Shown one piece after another: positions 40,175-49,635 of a DNA stretch of 64,000 nucleotides (position 1 is the first letter of the stretch; each line of letters opens with the position of its first letter). The notes under the pieces were generated by a model. It worked only from the letters and a program-made list of their open reading frames with translations, had not been told where the DNA came from and ran no database searches. The stretch is from an uncultured candidate division Zixibacteria bacterium (lineage in GTDB: Bacteria > Zixibacteria > MSB-5A5 > UBA10806 > 4484-95). Position numbers and translations under genes: made by a program. Location: contig CAXXKA010000001.1 in the NCBI GenBank assembly GCA_963668625.2, forward strand, positions 320,001 through 384,000. The letters are read 5' to 3'.

Positions 40175-40296
40175 TTCATTGAACAGGAAGGAACCCTTTC
40201 CTTCCTGCTGGTTTCATGCAGTATGTCGCCGGGAAAGTATGAACAAAGGACTCCGTCTTCCCAGTGACTCGTGTGAACGATTTTTCCGATAATCCC
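40175..40296. repeat. Repeat family B copy
   Basis: caggaaggaaccctttccttcctg...gtcgccgggaaagtatgaacaaaggac...aatccc. Confidence 0.7.
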
Positions 40297-40347
40297 CCGA
40301 AGTTTGGGAACGAGTACAAAATTGCGATAATTGCAGATCTAGATAAG

Positions 40348-40677
40348 TCATCTTACTGACTTGATTTCATGCGCTTTTCTCGTTCGAACGAATTTGATGT
40401 CGACATATCGATTCAGAGCCGATGCGATCCTTTGAATCATTGATAGAGAGTGACCTGAGTAATCTGCATTCTCAAGCCTTGAAATTACAGATGATGTTGT
40501 ACCGACAATCTTCGCTAATTCTCTTTGAGTCATACCACTTTTCTTGCGAAGATTATACAAATCGCGTGCGATGCGCGCGTTTATCCGTTCATGTTCGAGT
40601 GATTCTATACGATCAGGTTTGTCTTTATAATATCGCTTATGTAGAATAGATATGGCATCAGTTGTTTTCTTTTTCAT
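40348..40677 (-). CDS. XRE-family HTH antitoxin (HigA-like)
   Basis: 'LRKKSGMTQRELAKIVGTTSSVISRLENADY.GHSL'. Confidence 0.9.
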   Translation of the reverse strand: MKKKTTDAISILHKRYYKDKPDRIESLEHERINARIARDLYNLRKKSGMTQRELAKIVGTTSSVISRLENADYSGHSLSMIQRIASALNRYVDIKFVRTRKAHEIKSVR

Positions 40678-40681
40678 ATTA

Positions 40682-41050
40682 TTACTCCTTATATGTGTGC
40701 TGCGATGGTGATTTTATGAATTTTTTAAGTCGTTTATCCGCGGCAGATATTTCTTTTTTGGGTACCGCCGATCTCTGTTTAGTAAAACCATGTGATAAAA
40801 CCACAAGTTCGTTTCCATGAAAAAAGTACAGCACCCGATAGTTCACTGATTGATGTTTGAAACGGAGTTCATAAATTTGATTCTCGAGATAATCGGCCTC
40901 AGGCCTTTTTAGCTCATGGCCTAACTCCTTCAGCCTCTCCAATCTGACCCTGCATTTATCCTGTACTTTTTTATGAAGTTTATCAAACCATTTTAGGAAC
41001 GGCGCCTCTCCTTTTCTATTACAATAAAATACTAATTTAACTTTCGGCAT
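40682..41050 (-). CDS. RelE/ParE family toxin (HigB/Gp49-like)
   Basis: 'LKRPEADYL..IYELR...YRVLYFF...VVLSHGFTK'; toxin-first order. Confidence 0.9.
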   Translation of the reverse strand: MPKVKLVFYCNRKGEAPFLKWFDKLHKKVQDKCRVRLERLKELGHELKRPEADYLENQIYELRFKHQSVNYRVLYFFHGNELVVLSHGFTKQRSAVPKKEISAADKRLKKFIKSPSQHTYKE

Positions 41051-41075
41051 TATATTCCTCCGACTATAAATATAA

Positions 41076-41091
41076 TTCGCAATATTGCGAA
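41076..41091. promoter_or_regulatory. Perfect 16 bp palindrome, likely antitoxin operator
   Basis: TTCGCAATATTGCGAA between TTGACT (41100-41095, minus) and the toxin RBS. Confidence 0.72.
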
Positions 41092-41178
41092 AAAAGTCAA
41101 GAGGAATTTATCTTTATTTTAATCGAATTCAATGATGTGTTTGTGAGTCTTTAATGGATGCTGGTTTAATCGCATGGC

Positions 41179-41381
41179 ATTAATAAACCGCCCGGAGAGT
41201 GAGTCCGGACGGTTTGATGCAGCATATATCTGCCGCCCACGAGTTGGTAGAGAGTGACTACCAGAGAATCTACTATTCTCTTTCTGGTTCCAAAGCGCTG
41301 CTTTGGAACCTTGCCCGCACTGTCAGAGATGTATTATTCCGCCGCTTTCAACAGCATTACGAAGCAGCGCTTCGTAATGAG
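41179..41381. repeat. Direct repeat unit, right of TA pair, with intact REP doublet
   Basis: Same three-hairpin unit, then ggttccaaagcgctgctttggaacc...cattacgaagcagcgcttcgtaatg. Confidence 0.88.
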
Positions 41382-41487
41382 GGGTAATCTTTTTATCAAA
41401 CACGCGAAGCCCATCAATGAGCTCCTCGTTTTCACGGGGATGATACTGCGGGGCGAGGACATCCAGCATCTTATGTCAGATTGTTTC

Positions 41488-41826
41488 CTACAAATCCTCA
41501 ACCTTAACAGCCGTACCGTACGCCAATAGCTCGGCCGCGCCCTGCATCATGGAGGAGGTGCCGAAACGAAGCGCTACGATCGCGTTCGCCCCCAATGTCA
41601 TTGCCTCGGCGGTCATCCTGTCCAACGCCTGCTCGCGCGACTCGGCTATCATCTTGGTGTAATCGGATACCTCGCCGCCAACAATATTCCGCAAGCCGGC
41701 CAGTATATCTCGTCCCACATGACGGGCGCGGATGGTGTTACCACGCACCAGCCCGTAGACCTCGATAATCTTCTTACCGGGAATCTCATCCGAGGTCACG
41801 ATCATAAATTCAGGGGGATTATTCAA
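41488..41826 (-). CDS. YbjQ/UPF0145 family protein
   Basis: 'GLVRGNTIRARHVGRD', 'GGEV', 'SREQALDRM', 'AYGTAV'. Confidence 0.93.
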   Translation of the reverse strand: MNNPPEFMIVTSDEIPGKKIIEVYGLVRGNTIRARHVGRDILAGLRNIVGGEVSDYTKMIAESREQALDRMTAEAMTLGANAIVALRFGTSSMMQGAAELLAYGTAVKVEDL

Positions 41827-42269
41827 CGCTCCACCTCCTCGTAACGTTCATGTTTTTTAGCAAACAGCCTTTCTCTGAACACGGATACCAATAATATGAC
41901 CAGCCCGATAATACCGGCGCCGACACCAAAACGGAGAAGAATAGGCACTGCTTGGTTCATCAGAAACTCGTTAAACAGTTCCCAGGCGCCAAACCCCAGG
42001 ATTATGATCGCGCTGATCGATACGAAAATCCAGCCTAAGCCACGTTCGAGCCGATTGTAAATGTCATTCCAGTAACCGGCCCAATACCTGTCGGGTAAGT
42101 CGGTGAAACGCATATCGGCGGTTACCTCCTTTAGTTTGGAAAGCTCCTCGAATTCCTTGCGGCATAACTCGCAGGTTTCGAGATGCTTTTCCAACTCCAG
42201 CTCCTGCTCCGGGGTAAGCTCGCCGTCCAGCCTGCCGGAAATCAGTATGATTGACTCCTGGCATTTCAT
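41823..42269 (-). CDS. zf-HC2 membrane anti-sigma factor
   Basis: 'LDGEL...HLETCELC' plus two TM helices. Confidence 0.9.
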   Translation of the reverse strand: MKCQESIILISGRLDGELTPEQELELEKHLETCELCRKEFEELSKLKEVTADMRFTDLPDRYWAGYWNDIYNRLERGLGWIFVSISAIIILGFGAWELFNEFLMNQAVPILLRFGVGAGIIGLVILLVSVFRERLFAKKHERYEEVER

Positions 42270-42844
42270 TCTAACACCCCCACAAGCGCGTTTTTAAGTT
42301 TCAATCTAGCATAATGAAGACGAGACATCACCGAGCCCAGCGGTATATCCAGCACCTGGGCGATCTCCTTATAAGACATATCCTGGAAATGCTTCAAAAT
42401 GATAATCTCCCTGGCCTCGTCATCGAGTTTTGCCAGGCCATCCCAGATTGCCTCTTTCATCTGCTTGTCCGCCAATGCTTTCTCCGGATTGGTATCCTCG
42501 GAGGCACGGGCTGTTGCCAGCGCTTCCTCGGGGGCTAAGTATTTTTTACGGACTCCGGCGGAGCGCAGGGCGTTTTTACAGAGATTCGACAGAATCGCGA
42601 AAAGCCAGCTTTTAAACTGGAACTTGTCATCGAACCTCTTCAGCGATTTATACGCCTTAACGAACGCTTCCTGCGATAAATCGTAAGCATCCTCGGAGTT
42701 ACCGACCATGCCCAGGGCATAGAAATACATCGGCTTTTTGTACTTTTCCACTAAAAGCTGGAATTTCCGCAGATCGCCGCCTTTGCATTCGGCCACCAGT
42801 ATGTTGTCTTCAGTCTCCATCATAGTTATCACCATCTCATACAC
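42266..42844 (-). CDS. ECF RNA polymerase sigma-70 factor
   Basis: 'DAYDLSQEAFVKAY', 'SYKEIAQVLDIPLGSVMSRLHYAR'; exact start uncertain. Confidence 0.95.
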   Translation of the reverse strand: MYEMVITMMETEDNILVAECKGGDLRKFQLLVEKYKKPMYFYALGMVGNSEDAYDLSQEAFVKAYKSLKRFDDKFQFKSWLFAILSNLCKNALRSAGVRKKYLAPEEALATARASEDTNPEKALADKQMKEAIWDGLAKLDDEAREIIILKHFQDMSYKEIAQVLDIPLGSVMSRLHYARLKLKNALVGVLE

Positions 42845-43050
42845 AGATACACGCGGCTATATGATTTTATTCAAAATAATCGTAAGAGGGCAAGGGGAAA
42901 GTGGGGAAATCAGGAGGAATGGACTGACGGGGATGTCTGCCGACGCCAAAGTGGCTATTGAATATGCGTTTTAAGAGATCGAATTAATCAATCTTTTTAT
43001 ACTTCCAGATCAACCTTGAAAATACTCGCTTACATAGATTAGTATTTTCT

Positions 43051-43150
43051 CCTGGTTCCCAAGCGCTGCTTGGAAACCTTCTTGAGTCGTGTAGAATGTG
43101 CGTATTACCAGAAGGCAAACCGCGTTGCGAAGCGGCGCTTCGCAACGCGA
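43051..43150. repeat. REP doublet core of family A, inverted, without TIRs
   Basis: Reverse complement of 1140-1239 with substitutions; lies downstream of the 43289 gene. Confidence 0.8.
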
Positions 43151-43288
43151 AAAATTTACAAAATTAGGGAAACTTTCACTTATTATTCTGCTGCTAATAA
43201 AGATAAAATCGAAACGGAGTTTCTCCAATACTTGCATTACCAAACGGAGTTTGGTAACGAGGATAAGATTTGCTATTCTAACAGTTCT

Positions 43289-44929
43289 CTACTTCAACAA
43301 CGTAACCCGCTTAACCACCGACTCCCCCGATATATCCAGCCGATAGAAATACACACCCGCCGCTATATTCGAGCCATCCCAGATTACGCCGTAATTGCCA
43401 GCCGGCTGATACTGATCGACGAGGTTTTCCACGAGCTGGCCATTTAAGTTGTAAATCGCCAGCTTTACCTGCTCTGGTTTGTCTAAGCTGAAACTGATTC
43501 TGGCTGTGGCGTTGAATGGGTTGGGATAGCATACCAGGTCGTAGTCATCCGGCAGGGGAGAGGACTGCGTTTTATCCTCTATGCCTACATGCTGGGCGTA
43601 CTTGAACGTGGTGTAATCGTAGCCTGTGCCATCACCAATGCTTTTGCCGGTGAAATAGATATTGTTCTGATTATCAATAGCCAGCGAGACATTCATCTCA
43701 TTGCCGTCCCCCGGGCCGTTATACTGATTAGCCCATACCGAATCGCCGTCAGCGTTAAACTCTATGAGGATGAAATCGTAAGTGTACGCCGCTACCGAGG
43801 TATAACCGCCGACGAAAACATTACCGGCATCATCAACAACGATATCCTGCCCGTAATCGCCGTCATTGCCAACGCCGTTAAAACTACTTACCCAGAGACG
43901 ATTGCCATCGGGGTCGCACTTGATCGCTACTAAATCACCGTTGTTTCCGGTACCATAGCTATAGCCGCAGGTATACGCGTAGTTATCATCATCTAAAAAC
44001 ATGCTGTAACCGCAATCGCCCTCGCTGACCGGGCCGTTGTATTGTGATACCCATTGCTGTACTCCGTCCGGGTCGTATTTTGTCGTTACGATATCATAGG
44101 AATGGCCCGAACCTCCCCAGCAATAGCCGGCCACGTAGCAGTTGCCGTCGGCATCGACCTTGATATCATTGGCGACATCCCCGCCATTGCCAGGACCATT
44201 ATAGCGGGTTGCCCATTGTATGATGCCATCGTTGCTATATTTAATAGTCAGATAATCGTTACTGGCGGCGCCGACACCCTCGCTCTTACCGGTTACGAAC
44301 ACGTTATACTCGTTATCAAGAGCGATACCGAATGGGAAATCTCCTCCGGTTGGTCCCGGGCCGTGGTAGACTGCGGTCCAGAGCGTGTCGCCATCGGAGT
44401 TGTATTTGATAGTAATATAGTCATAGTCGGTATCACCGCTGATATGAATATAACCGGCTACATAAACGTTACCGTAATCATCAACAACCAGCTTTTGGCC
44501 GCTATCTATGCCGTTGTCGGGGCCATTGTGACGGGCTACCCATTGTTGAACACCATCGGAATCGTATTTAACCGTCGTACAATCGAAATTGCTTCCCGAG
44601 CCTTTGCTCTGGCCGGTTACATAGACATTACCGTTATCATCAACAGCCAGGCAATGTGCCTGATCACTATTGCTGCCGGGGCCGCTGTACCGGGCAGTCC
44701 AGACTGTGTCACCATCGGGATCGTATTTAACAGTAGCATAGTCCTCGTAACCATCACTGCCGTAACTGGTACCTGTAACATAAATGAATCCTTCACCATC
44801 AACGGTAATATCAGATGGCGAATCCGAGCTGTTGCCTGTGCCGTTATAGCGGGCAACCCAGGCCTCATCCATCTGGCTGAAAGCGAGGCAGCTTGATAAT
44901 AAAATGAAAATAATTATACAAAATCTCAT
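43289..44929 (-). CDS. Secreted SBBP-repeat beta-propeller protein with T9SS-like tail
   Basis: About seven repeats 'VD..GNVYVTG.S....DY.T.KY..DG...W..RYNG'; tail 'YPNPFN...AGVYFYRL...LLK'. Confidence 0.9.
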   Translation of the reverse strand: MRFCIIIFILLSSCLAFSQMDEAWVARYNGTGNSSDSPSDITVDGEGFIYVTGTSYGSDGYEDYATVKYDPDGDTVWTARYSGPGSNSDQAHCLAVDDNGNVYVTGQSKGSGSNFDCTTVKYDSDGVQQWVARHNGPDNGIDSGQKLVVDDYGNVYVAGYIHISGDTDYDYITIKYNSDGDTLWTAVYHGPGPTGGDFPFGIALDNEYNVFVTGKSEGVGAASNDYLTIKYSNDGIIQWATRYNGPGNGGDVANDIKVDADGNCYVAGYCWGGSGHSYDIVTTKYDPDGVQQWVSQYNGPVSEGDCGYSMFLDDDNYAYTCGYSYGTGNNGDLVAIKCDPDGNRLWVSSFNGVGNDGDYGQDIVVDDAGNVFVGGYTSVAAYTYDFILIEFNADGDSVWANQYNGPGDGNEMNVSLAIDNQNNIYFTGKSIGDGTGYDYTTFKYAQHVGIEDKTQSSPLPDDYDLVCYPNPFNATARISFSLDKPEQVKLAIYNLNGQLVENLVDQYQPAGNYGVIWDGSNIAAGVYFYRLDISGESVVKRVTLLK

Positions 44930-45236
44930 CTAACACCTCTTTTGAATGATTGTTTTGATGTCAATAATTTAATACCTGATGCAATTGAAATATAATTATT
45001 AGTATGCAAATGTCAATAGGAATGTACATGCGATACATGGGAAAGAACATAGAGAAAGAATATTTCTTTTAAATTCTCTTAATATCTAACCCAAAGAGGA
45101 ATTCTAGACTGCTTTGTCTGTGATTGTAGATATTCGGTTGGATTTAATCGCACCATAAAAACTTGCCTATAATCTCCGTTCGTGATATATTGACTCGAAT
45201 ATAGTAGGCTTAAAACCTTTAAAATAAGTAATTTCA

Positions 45237-46961
45237 ATGACACAGTTTAAACCAATTGATAACTTGACCATCCCCCAACTGATAGATCAGTCGATACAGC
45301 GATATAGTTCTAATGTAGCGATGCGCTATTACGATGGCCAAAGATTTCAGGCAATCACCTATACCGGTTTCCAGAAAATGATTTTCCAAGCCTCCTCAAT
45401 GATTCAAAAGGTAGGCGTTCAACCAGGCGATAAGGTAGCAATACTCTCGGAAAGTCGTCCCGCCTGGGGGGCGTCGTATTTTGCCTCGCTTTATATCGAG
45501 GGCGTGAATGTGCCCCTGGATGCCCTGCTGAAAATCTCGGAATGGAGCTATATCCTGCGCAATTCCGGCGCCAAAGTACTGATCACCTCCTCCAAGTTCT
45601 ATCATGAATTAGAGCCGCTTGTCGATAAAATCGATACCCTGGAAACAATTCTCTGTATGGATAAAGTGCACGATACATGTTACCTATTCGGGGATGACAA
45701 TCCACCGTCGTATTCGCCACCTGATGTTAGCCTGGATAATGTGGCAGCGATATTATACACATCCGGTACCACGGGTCTGGCTAAAGGGGTGATGCTATCT
45801 CATGGCAATATCACCAGCGATGTACACGGTACTCTTGAGCTTATTGATATGTACCCCAGCGATAATTTCTTGTCCATATTGCCTCTTCACCATACTTTTG
45901 AATGTACCGCCGGTTTTATGACACCGCTCAGCAGCGGAGCCTCGATAACCTACGCCCGAGGACTGGCCTCCAAGCTAATCATCGAGGATATAAAAGAGAA
46001 TAAATGTACCATCCTCCTGGCAGTGCCTTTACTATATGAGAAAATGTACGCCGGGATAACGCGGAAAATAGCCCAGAATCCGCCGTTCAAACGGGCGCTG
46101 TTCAGAACAATTTACGGCGTCTCCAGATTTCTCAAAAAAACCGCTAATATCGAGGCGGGCAAGAAACTATTCAATGGCCTTCGGGAAAAATCAGGAATGG
46201 GCACGATACGCCTGTTCGTATCGGGTGGGGCGCCGCTTCTGTCTGAAATTACTGAGGCGTTCAACACCATGGGATTCACACTGATACAGGGATACGGCTT
46301 GACCGAATCCTCGCCGGTTCTGACATTAAACCCGCTCGATAAAATCAAGCCCGGTGCGATTGGAGTGGCTTTACGCAACTGTGAGCTGAAAATCGATAGA
46401 CCCAACAGCGAGGGGATCGGCGAGTTAATCGCCCGTGGCCCGATGATCATGAAGGGCTATTATAAAAACGAAAAAGCCACTGCTGAGACAATCAATGATG
46501 GCTGGTTGTATACCGGCGATCTGGCTCGTGTGGATAGCGACGGTTACTATTTTATCACCGGCCGCGCCAAGAACCTTATCGTGACGCCGGGCGGCAAGAA
46601 TGTTTATCCCGAGGAGATTGAGGCGGCGATCAACAATTCTCCCTATATTCTCGAAACATTGGTGCTCGGGCGGCCGTTACCCAGCAGGGGCGAGGAGATC
46701 GAGGCGATTATCGTGCCCGATATGGATTATTTTGGCCTGCGCGCGGAGGAAAAAGGTATTGCCTTGACCGAAACGCATATCGAACAGACCATAAAACTAG
46801 AAGTTGCCAAACAAAGTGAACTTCTGGCCGACTATAAGCGTGTAAAGTACGTGAAAGTAAGAGGCGAGGATTTCGAGAAGACATCAACGAAAAAAATAAA
46901 ACGCTATCTTTATAAGCATAAGCAAATGACGATTAACGGTGGTAAAAACAAGGGTAAGTGA
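45237..46961 (+). CDS. Long-chain fatty acid--CoA ligase (AMP-binding)
   Basis: 'YTSGTTGLAKG', 'QGYGLTE', 'WLYTGD', 'GKNVYPEEIE'. Confidence 0.92.
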   Translation: MTQFKPIDNLTIPQLIDQSIQRYSSNVAMRYYDGQRFQAITYTGFQKMIFQASSMIQKVGVQPGDKVAILSESRPAWGASYFASLYIEGVNVPLDALLKISEWSYILRNSGAKVLITSSKFYHELEPLVDKIDTLETILCMDKVHDTCYLFGDDNPPSYSPPDVSLDNVAAILYTSGTTGLAKGVMLSHGNITSDVHGTLELIDMYPSDNFLSILPLHHTFECTAGFMTPLSSGASITYARGLASKLIIEDIKENKCTILLAVPLLYEKMYAGITRKIAQNPPFKRALFRTIYGVSRFLKKTANIEAGKKLFNGLREKSGMGTIRLFVSGGAPLLSEITEAFNTMGFTLIQGYGLTESSPVLTLNPLDKIKPGAIGVALRNCELKIDRPNSEGIGELIARGPMIMKGYYKNEKATAETINDGWLYTGDLARVDSDGYYFITGRAKNLIVTPGGKNVYPEEIEAAINNSPYILETLVLGRPLPSRGEEIEAIIVPDMDYFGLRAEEKGIALTETHIEQTIKLEVAKQSELLADYKRVKYVKVRGEDFEKTSTKKIKRYLYKHKQMTINGGKNKGK

Positions 46962-48043
46962 AAATGAACTACGGCGTTATATTAGCCGGCGGTAGAGGCG
47001 AAAGATTCTGGCCGCTTTCAACCAGAAAATATCCCAAACAACTGTTGAAACTGACCTCCGATAAAGTGATGCTCGAGGAGACTGTCGATCGGGTCAAAGA
47101 GCTCGTACCTAATGATAGAATCCTGATAGTAGCCGGTGCCGACCTGGAGCAAAAAATACTCGAAAACACTGAAACTTTAACTAAAGATAATATGCTTCTC
47201 GAACCGATGGGCAAAAACACCTGTCTGGCATTAGCCCTGGCCGCCGTGCATATCCAGAAGGATGACCCCGAGGGAGTGATGATAGTCCTTTCCTCGGATC
47301 ACCTGATCGAACCCAAGGAGCAACTTGTTCGTATCCTGGATGCCGCCTCGAATTTGGCCTCGCGCGAGGAAAAGCTGATCACCATCGGAATAATTCCCAA
47401 CCGTCCCGAAACGGGCTACGGCTATATCGAGATGGGCCCCAAGATCACCGAGATTAACGGTATCAAGATATATGATGTTAACCAGTTCAAAGAGAAACCG
47501 GAGCGTCCCAAAGCCCAGGAGTATTATCTCGACAGAAAACATCTCTGGAACTCCGGGATGTTTGTCTGGAGTGTGAAAACATTTCTGGCGGCTGTTAAAA
47601 AACATATGCCGGAGATGTATAACTGCCTCGAAACATACCGTGACACCATGGATGCCGACAGTGATGAACCGCTAAAATGCTTATACCAGGATTGTGAGTC
47701 GATCTCGGTTGATTTCGCGATACTGGAGAAAGCCGAAAATGTCGTATGTGTGAAAGGTGATATGAGATGGGATGATGTCGGCTCGTGGCTGGCGCTCGAA
47801 CGGATTCATTCCAACAAAAAAGACGGTAATGTTGCTATTGGTGAGGTGTTGCTCGATTCTAGCTACGAAAACACGATTGTCAATCGCGGCCACGAGGAGA
47901 TCATCGTTGCATACGGCGTAACCGATCTTGTCATAGTTAAATCAGATAAAGTTATAATGGTTGCTCATAAAACCAAGATAAACGAGATAAAGGATTTATT
48001 AGCCAAGTTGGAGCAAGATGAGAAGTATTCTAAATATCTATAA
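46958..48043 (+). CDS. manC: Mannose-1-phosphate guanylyltransferase
   Basis: 'LAGGRGERFWPLS', 'PETGYGYI', 'FKEKP', 'WNSGMF', 'WDDVGSW'. Confidence 0.92.
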   Translation: MKMNYGVILAGGRGERFWPLSTRKYPKQLLKLTSDKVMLEETVDRVKELVPNDRILIVAGADLEQKILENTETLTKDNMLLEPMGKNTCLALALAAVHIQKDDPEGVMIVLSSDHLIEPKEQLVRILDAASNLASREEKLITIGIIPNRPETGYGYIEMGPKITEINGIKIYDVNQFKEKPERPKAQEYYLDRKHLWNSGMFVWSVKTFLAAVKKHMPEMYNCLETYRDTMDADSDEPLKCLYQDCESISVDFAILEKAENVVCVKGDMRWDDVGSWLALERIHSNKKDGNVAIGEVLLDSSYENTIVNRGHEEIIVAYGVTDLVIVKSDKVIMVAHKTKINEIKDLLAKLEQDEKYSKYL

Positions 48044-48533
48044 AATCGCATTAGTGATTTTAATACTGTCTATCGCCTGTGGTCCCGCTATGCAGCGATC
48101 CTCCGTAGATAGAGATGAGCGCACTAAAGCCGAACATCGTTTTGACCCTTTGGATTTTCCCGGTGATAACGCCGTTATCACGGGCAAAAGCCATCAATCA
48201 CAACCGTCATCCCTGCCAGATAATGTCTCCGGCGGCGAGGTTCAAGTAGATGAACCTGTTGAAGTTGAGGAAAACAATGGAAGTGTTGATACAACGCAAC
48301 AGATGGTGGTTTTTCGGGTTCAGGTATTCGCCTCCAAGGCTTTTGATGAGGCCCAGCAGTTCGCCAGCGATATCGAGGGCATGTTCCCCGAGGGTGTGTT
48401 CGTAGAATATCAGATGCCATACTACAAGGTGAGAGTCGGCGAATTTTTCTCGCCCGAGGAGGGTGAGGTATTCCTGGATGAGGTTAAGCAGATCGGATTT
48501 AAAAACGCCTGGCTGGTTAGAGTATTACAGTAA
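48018..48533 (+). CDS. SPOR-domain lipoprotein
   Basis: Lipobox 'SIA-C'; 'FRVQVFA...PYYKVRVGEF...GFKNAWLV'. Confidence 0.85.
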   Translation: MRSILNIYKIALVILILSIACGPAMQRSSVDRDERTKAEHRFDPLDFPGDNAVITGKSHQSQPSSLPDNVSGGEVQVDEPVEVEENNGSVDTTQQMVVFRVQVFASKAFDEAQQFASDIEGMFPEGVFVEYQMPYYKVRVGEFFSPEEGEVFLDEVKQIGFKNAWLVRVLQ

Positions 48534-49144
48534 TGGATGAAATCGCAAAAATAAGAATCGAAAAAGCAGCCGAGACGCTCAAACAGGGCGGGATTGTACT
48601 TGCGCCGACGGATACTGTCTGGGGGTTGATGTGCGACTATGCCAACGAGCAGGCCGTGGCCTCGATATACAGTATGAAAAATAGCCCACCTAAGCCGATT
48701 GCGGTGTTGATCGATTCTATCGAGCGAGCAGGCGAGATAAAAATAAAAATGACAGACCAGGTTAAAGCCTTAGCCGAGAGATACTGGCCGGGCTCGCTGA
48801 CATTGATTTTCCAATCAGAGGATGAGAAGATTAAGCATATAGCCGGCGAAAATAATACGGTCGGAATCAGAATACCCGACTCAGTAGCATTGCGTGAACT
48901 GATCGGGAAATTCGGAAACGCCGTTGCCGCTACCAGCGCCAATATCTCCGGTGGAAAGCAACCGCGTGTTTTCGATGATGTCCCTGATGAGATCACGATG
49001 AGCGCCGACTATATCTGCCATTTCGATACCGAAACATCCGGTGTTGCCTCGACTGTTGTCGATTGCACCGGTGATGTTTTGAAAATATTACGCGAAGGAA
49101 ATATAACCCTGGAACAATTAGAAGAGGCTGTGATAAATAGATGA
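48533..49144 (+). CDS. tsaC: Threonylcarbamoyl-AMP synthase (YrdC/Sua5)
   Basis: 'PTDTVWGL', 'WPGSLT', 'GIRIP', 'TSANISG', 'STVVD'. Confidence 0.93.
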   Translation: MDEIAKIRIEKAAETLKQGGIVLAPTDTVWGLMCDYANEQAVASIYSMKNSPPKPIAVLIDSIERAGEIKIKMTDQVKALAERYWPGSLTLIFQSEDEKIKHIAGENNTVGIRIPDSVALRELIGKFGNAVAATSANISGGKQPRVFDDVPDEITMSADYICHFDTETSGVASTVVDCTGDVLKILREGNITLEQLEEAVINR

Positions 49145-49635
49145 CATCGACTAAAAAATTCAAAGTGATGCTGGTTTGTACCGGTAATACCTGCCGTTCG
49201 GCGATGGCCGAGGGGATAGCCAGAAAAGTTGCCGAGGAGATGAATATCAGTAATATCGTATTTTCATCCTCGGGTGTTGGCGCTATGGATGGCGTACCGG
49301 CCACCGATTACGCTATTGAGGCCGCCGCCCATTGGGATATCGATATCCGCAGTCATCGCTCCCGCTTGATAAACAAGAGCCTGATTGATGATGCCCAGCT
49401 TATACTGGCAATGGCTCCGGAGCATGTCCAACAAATAATCTCGATAGATCGGGGCTCCGTATCCAAGGTATTTTTATACAAGAGCTTCCCCGAACCTTTC
49501 AGCCCTACTCAGGAGAGGGTGGAGGATCCTATTGGAGGCACACTGGAGCAGTATAATCAGACATTTCTAGAACTCGATGAAGTTATGAGACGAATATTCC
49601 CTAAAATAGTCGAGCTTGCCAAAACACATGATTAA
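49141..49635 (+). CDS. Low molecular weight protein Arg/Tyr phosphatase (YwlE-like)
   Basis: 'VCTGNTCRSAMAE', 'DPIG'. Confidence 0.92.
   Translation: MTSTKKFKVMLVCTGNTCRSAMAEGIARKVAEEMNISNIVFSSSGVGAMDGVPATDYAIEAAAHWDIDIRSHRSRLINKSLIDDAQLILAMAPEHVQQIISIDRGSVSKVFLYKSFPEPFSPTQERVEDPIGGTLEQYNQTFLELDEVMRRIFPKIVELAKTHD

Noticed and set aside
39953-41381. Integron attC cassette
   Set aside because: No RYYYAAC/GTTRRRY-bounded attC structure and no intI in the window
44054-44896. 280 aa antisense ORF (and similar shadows over nadA, acnA, ftcd)
   Set aside because: Antisense shadow of a well-supported gene, caused by codon bias and repeats
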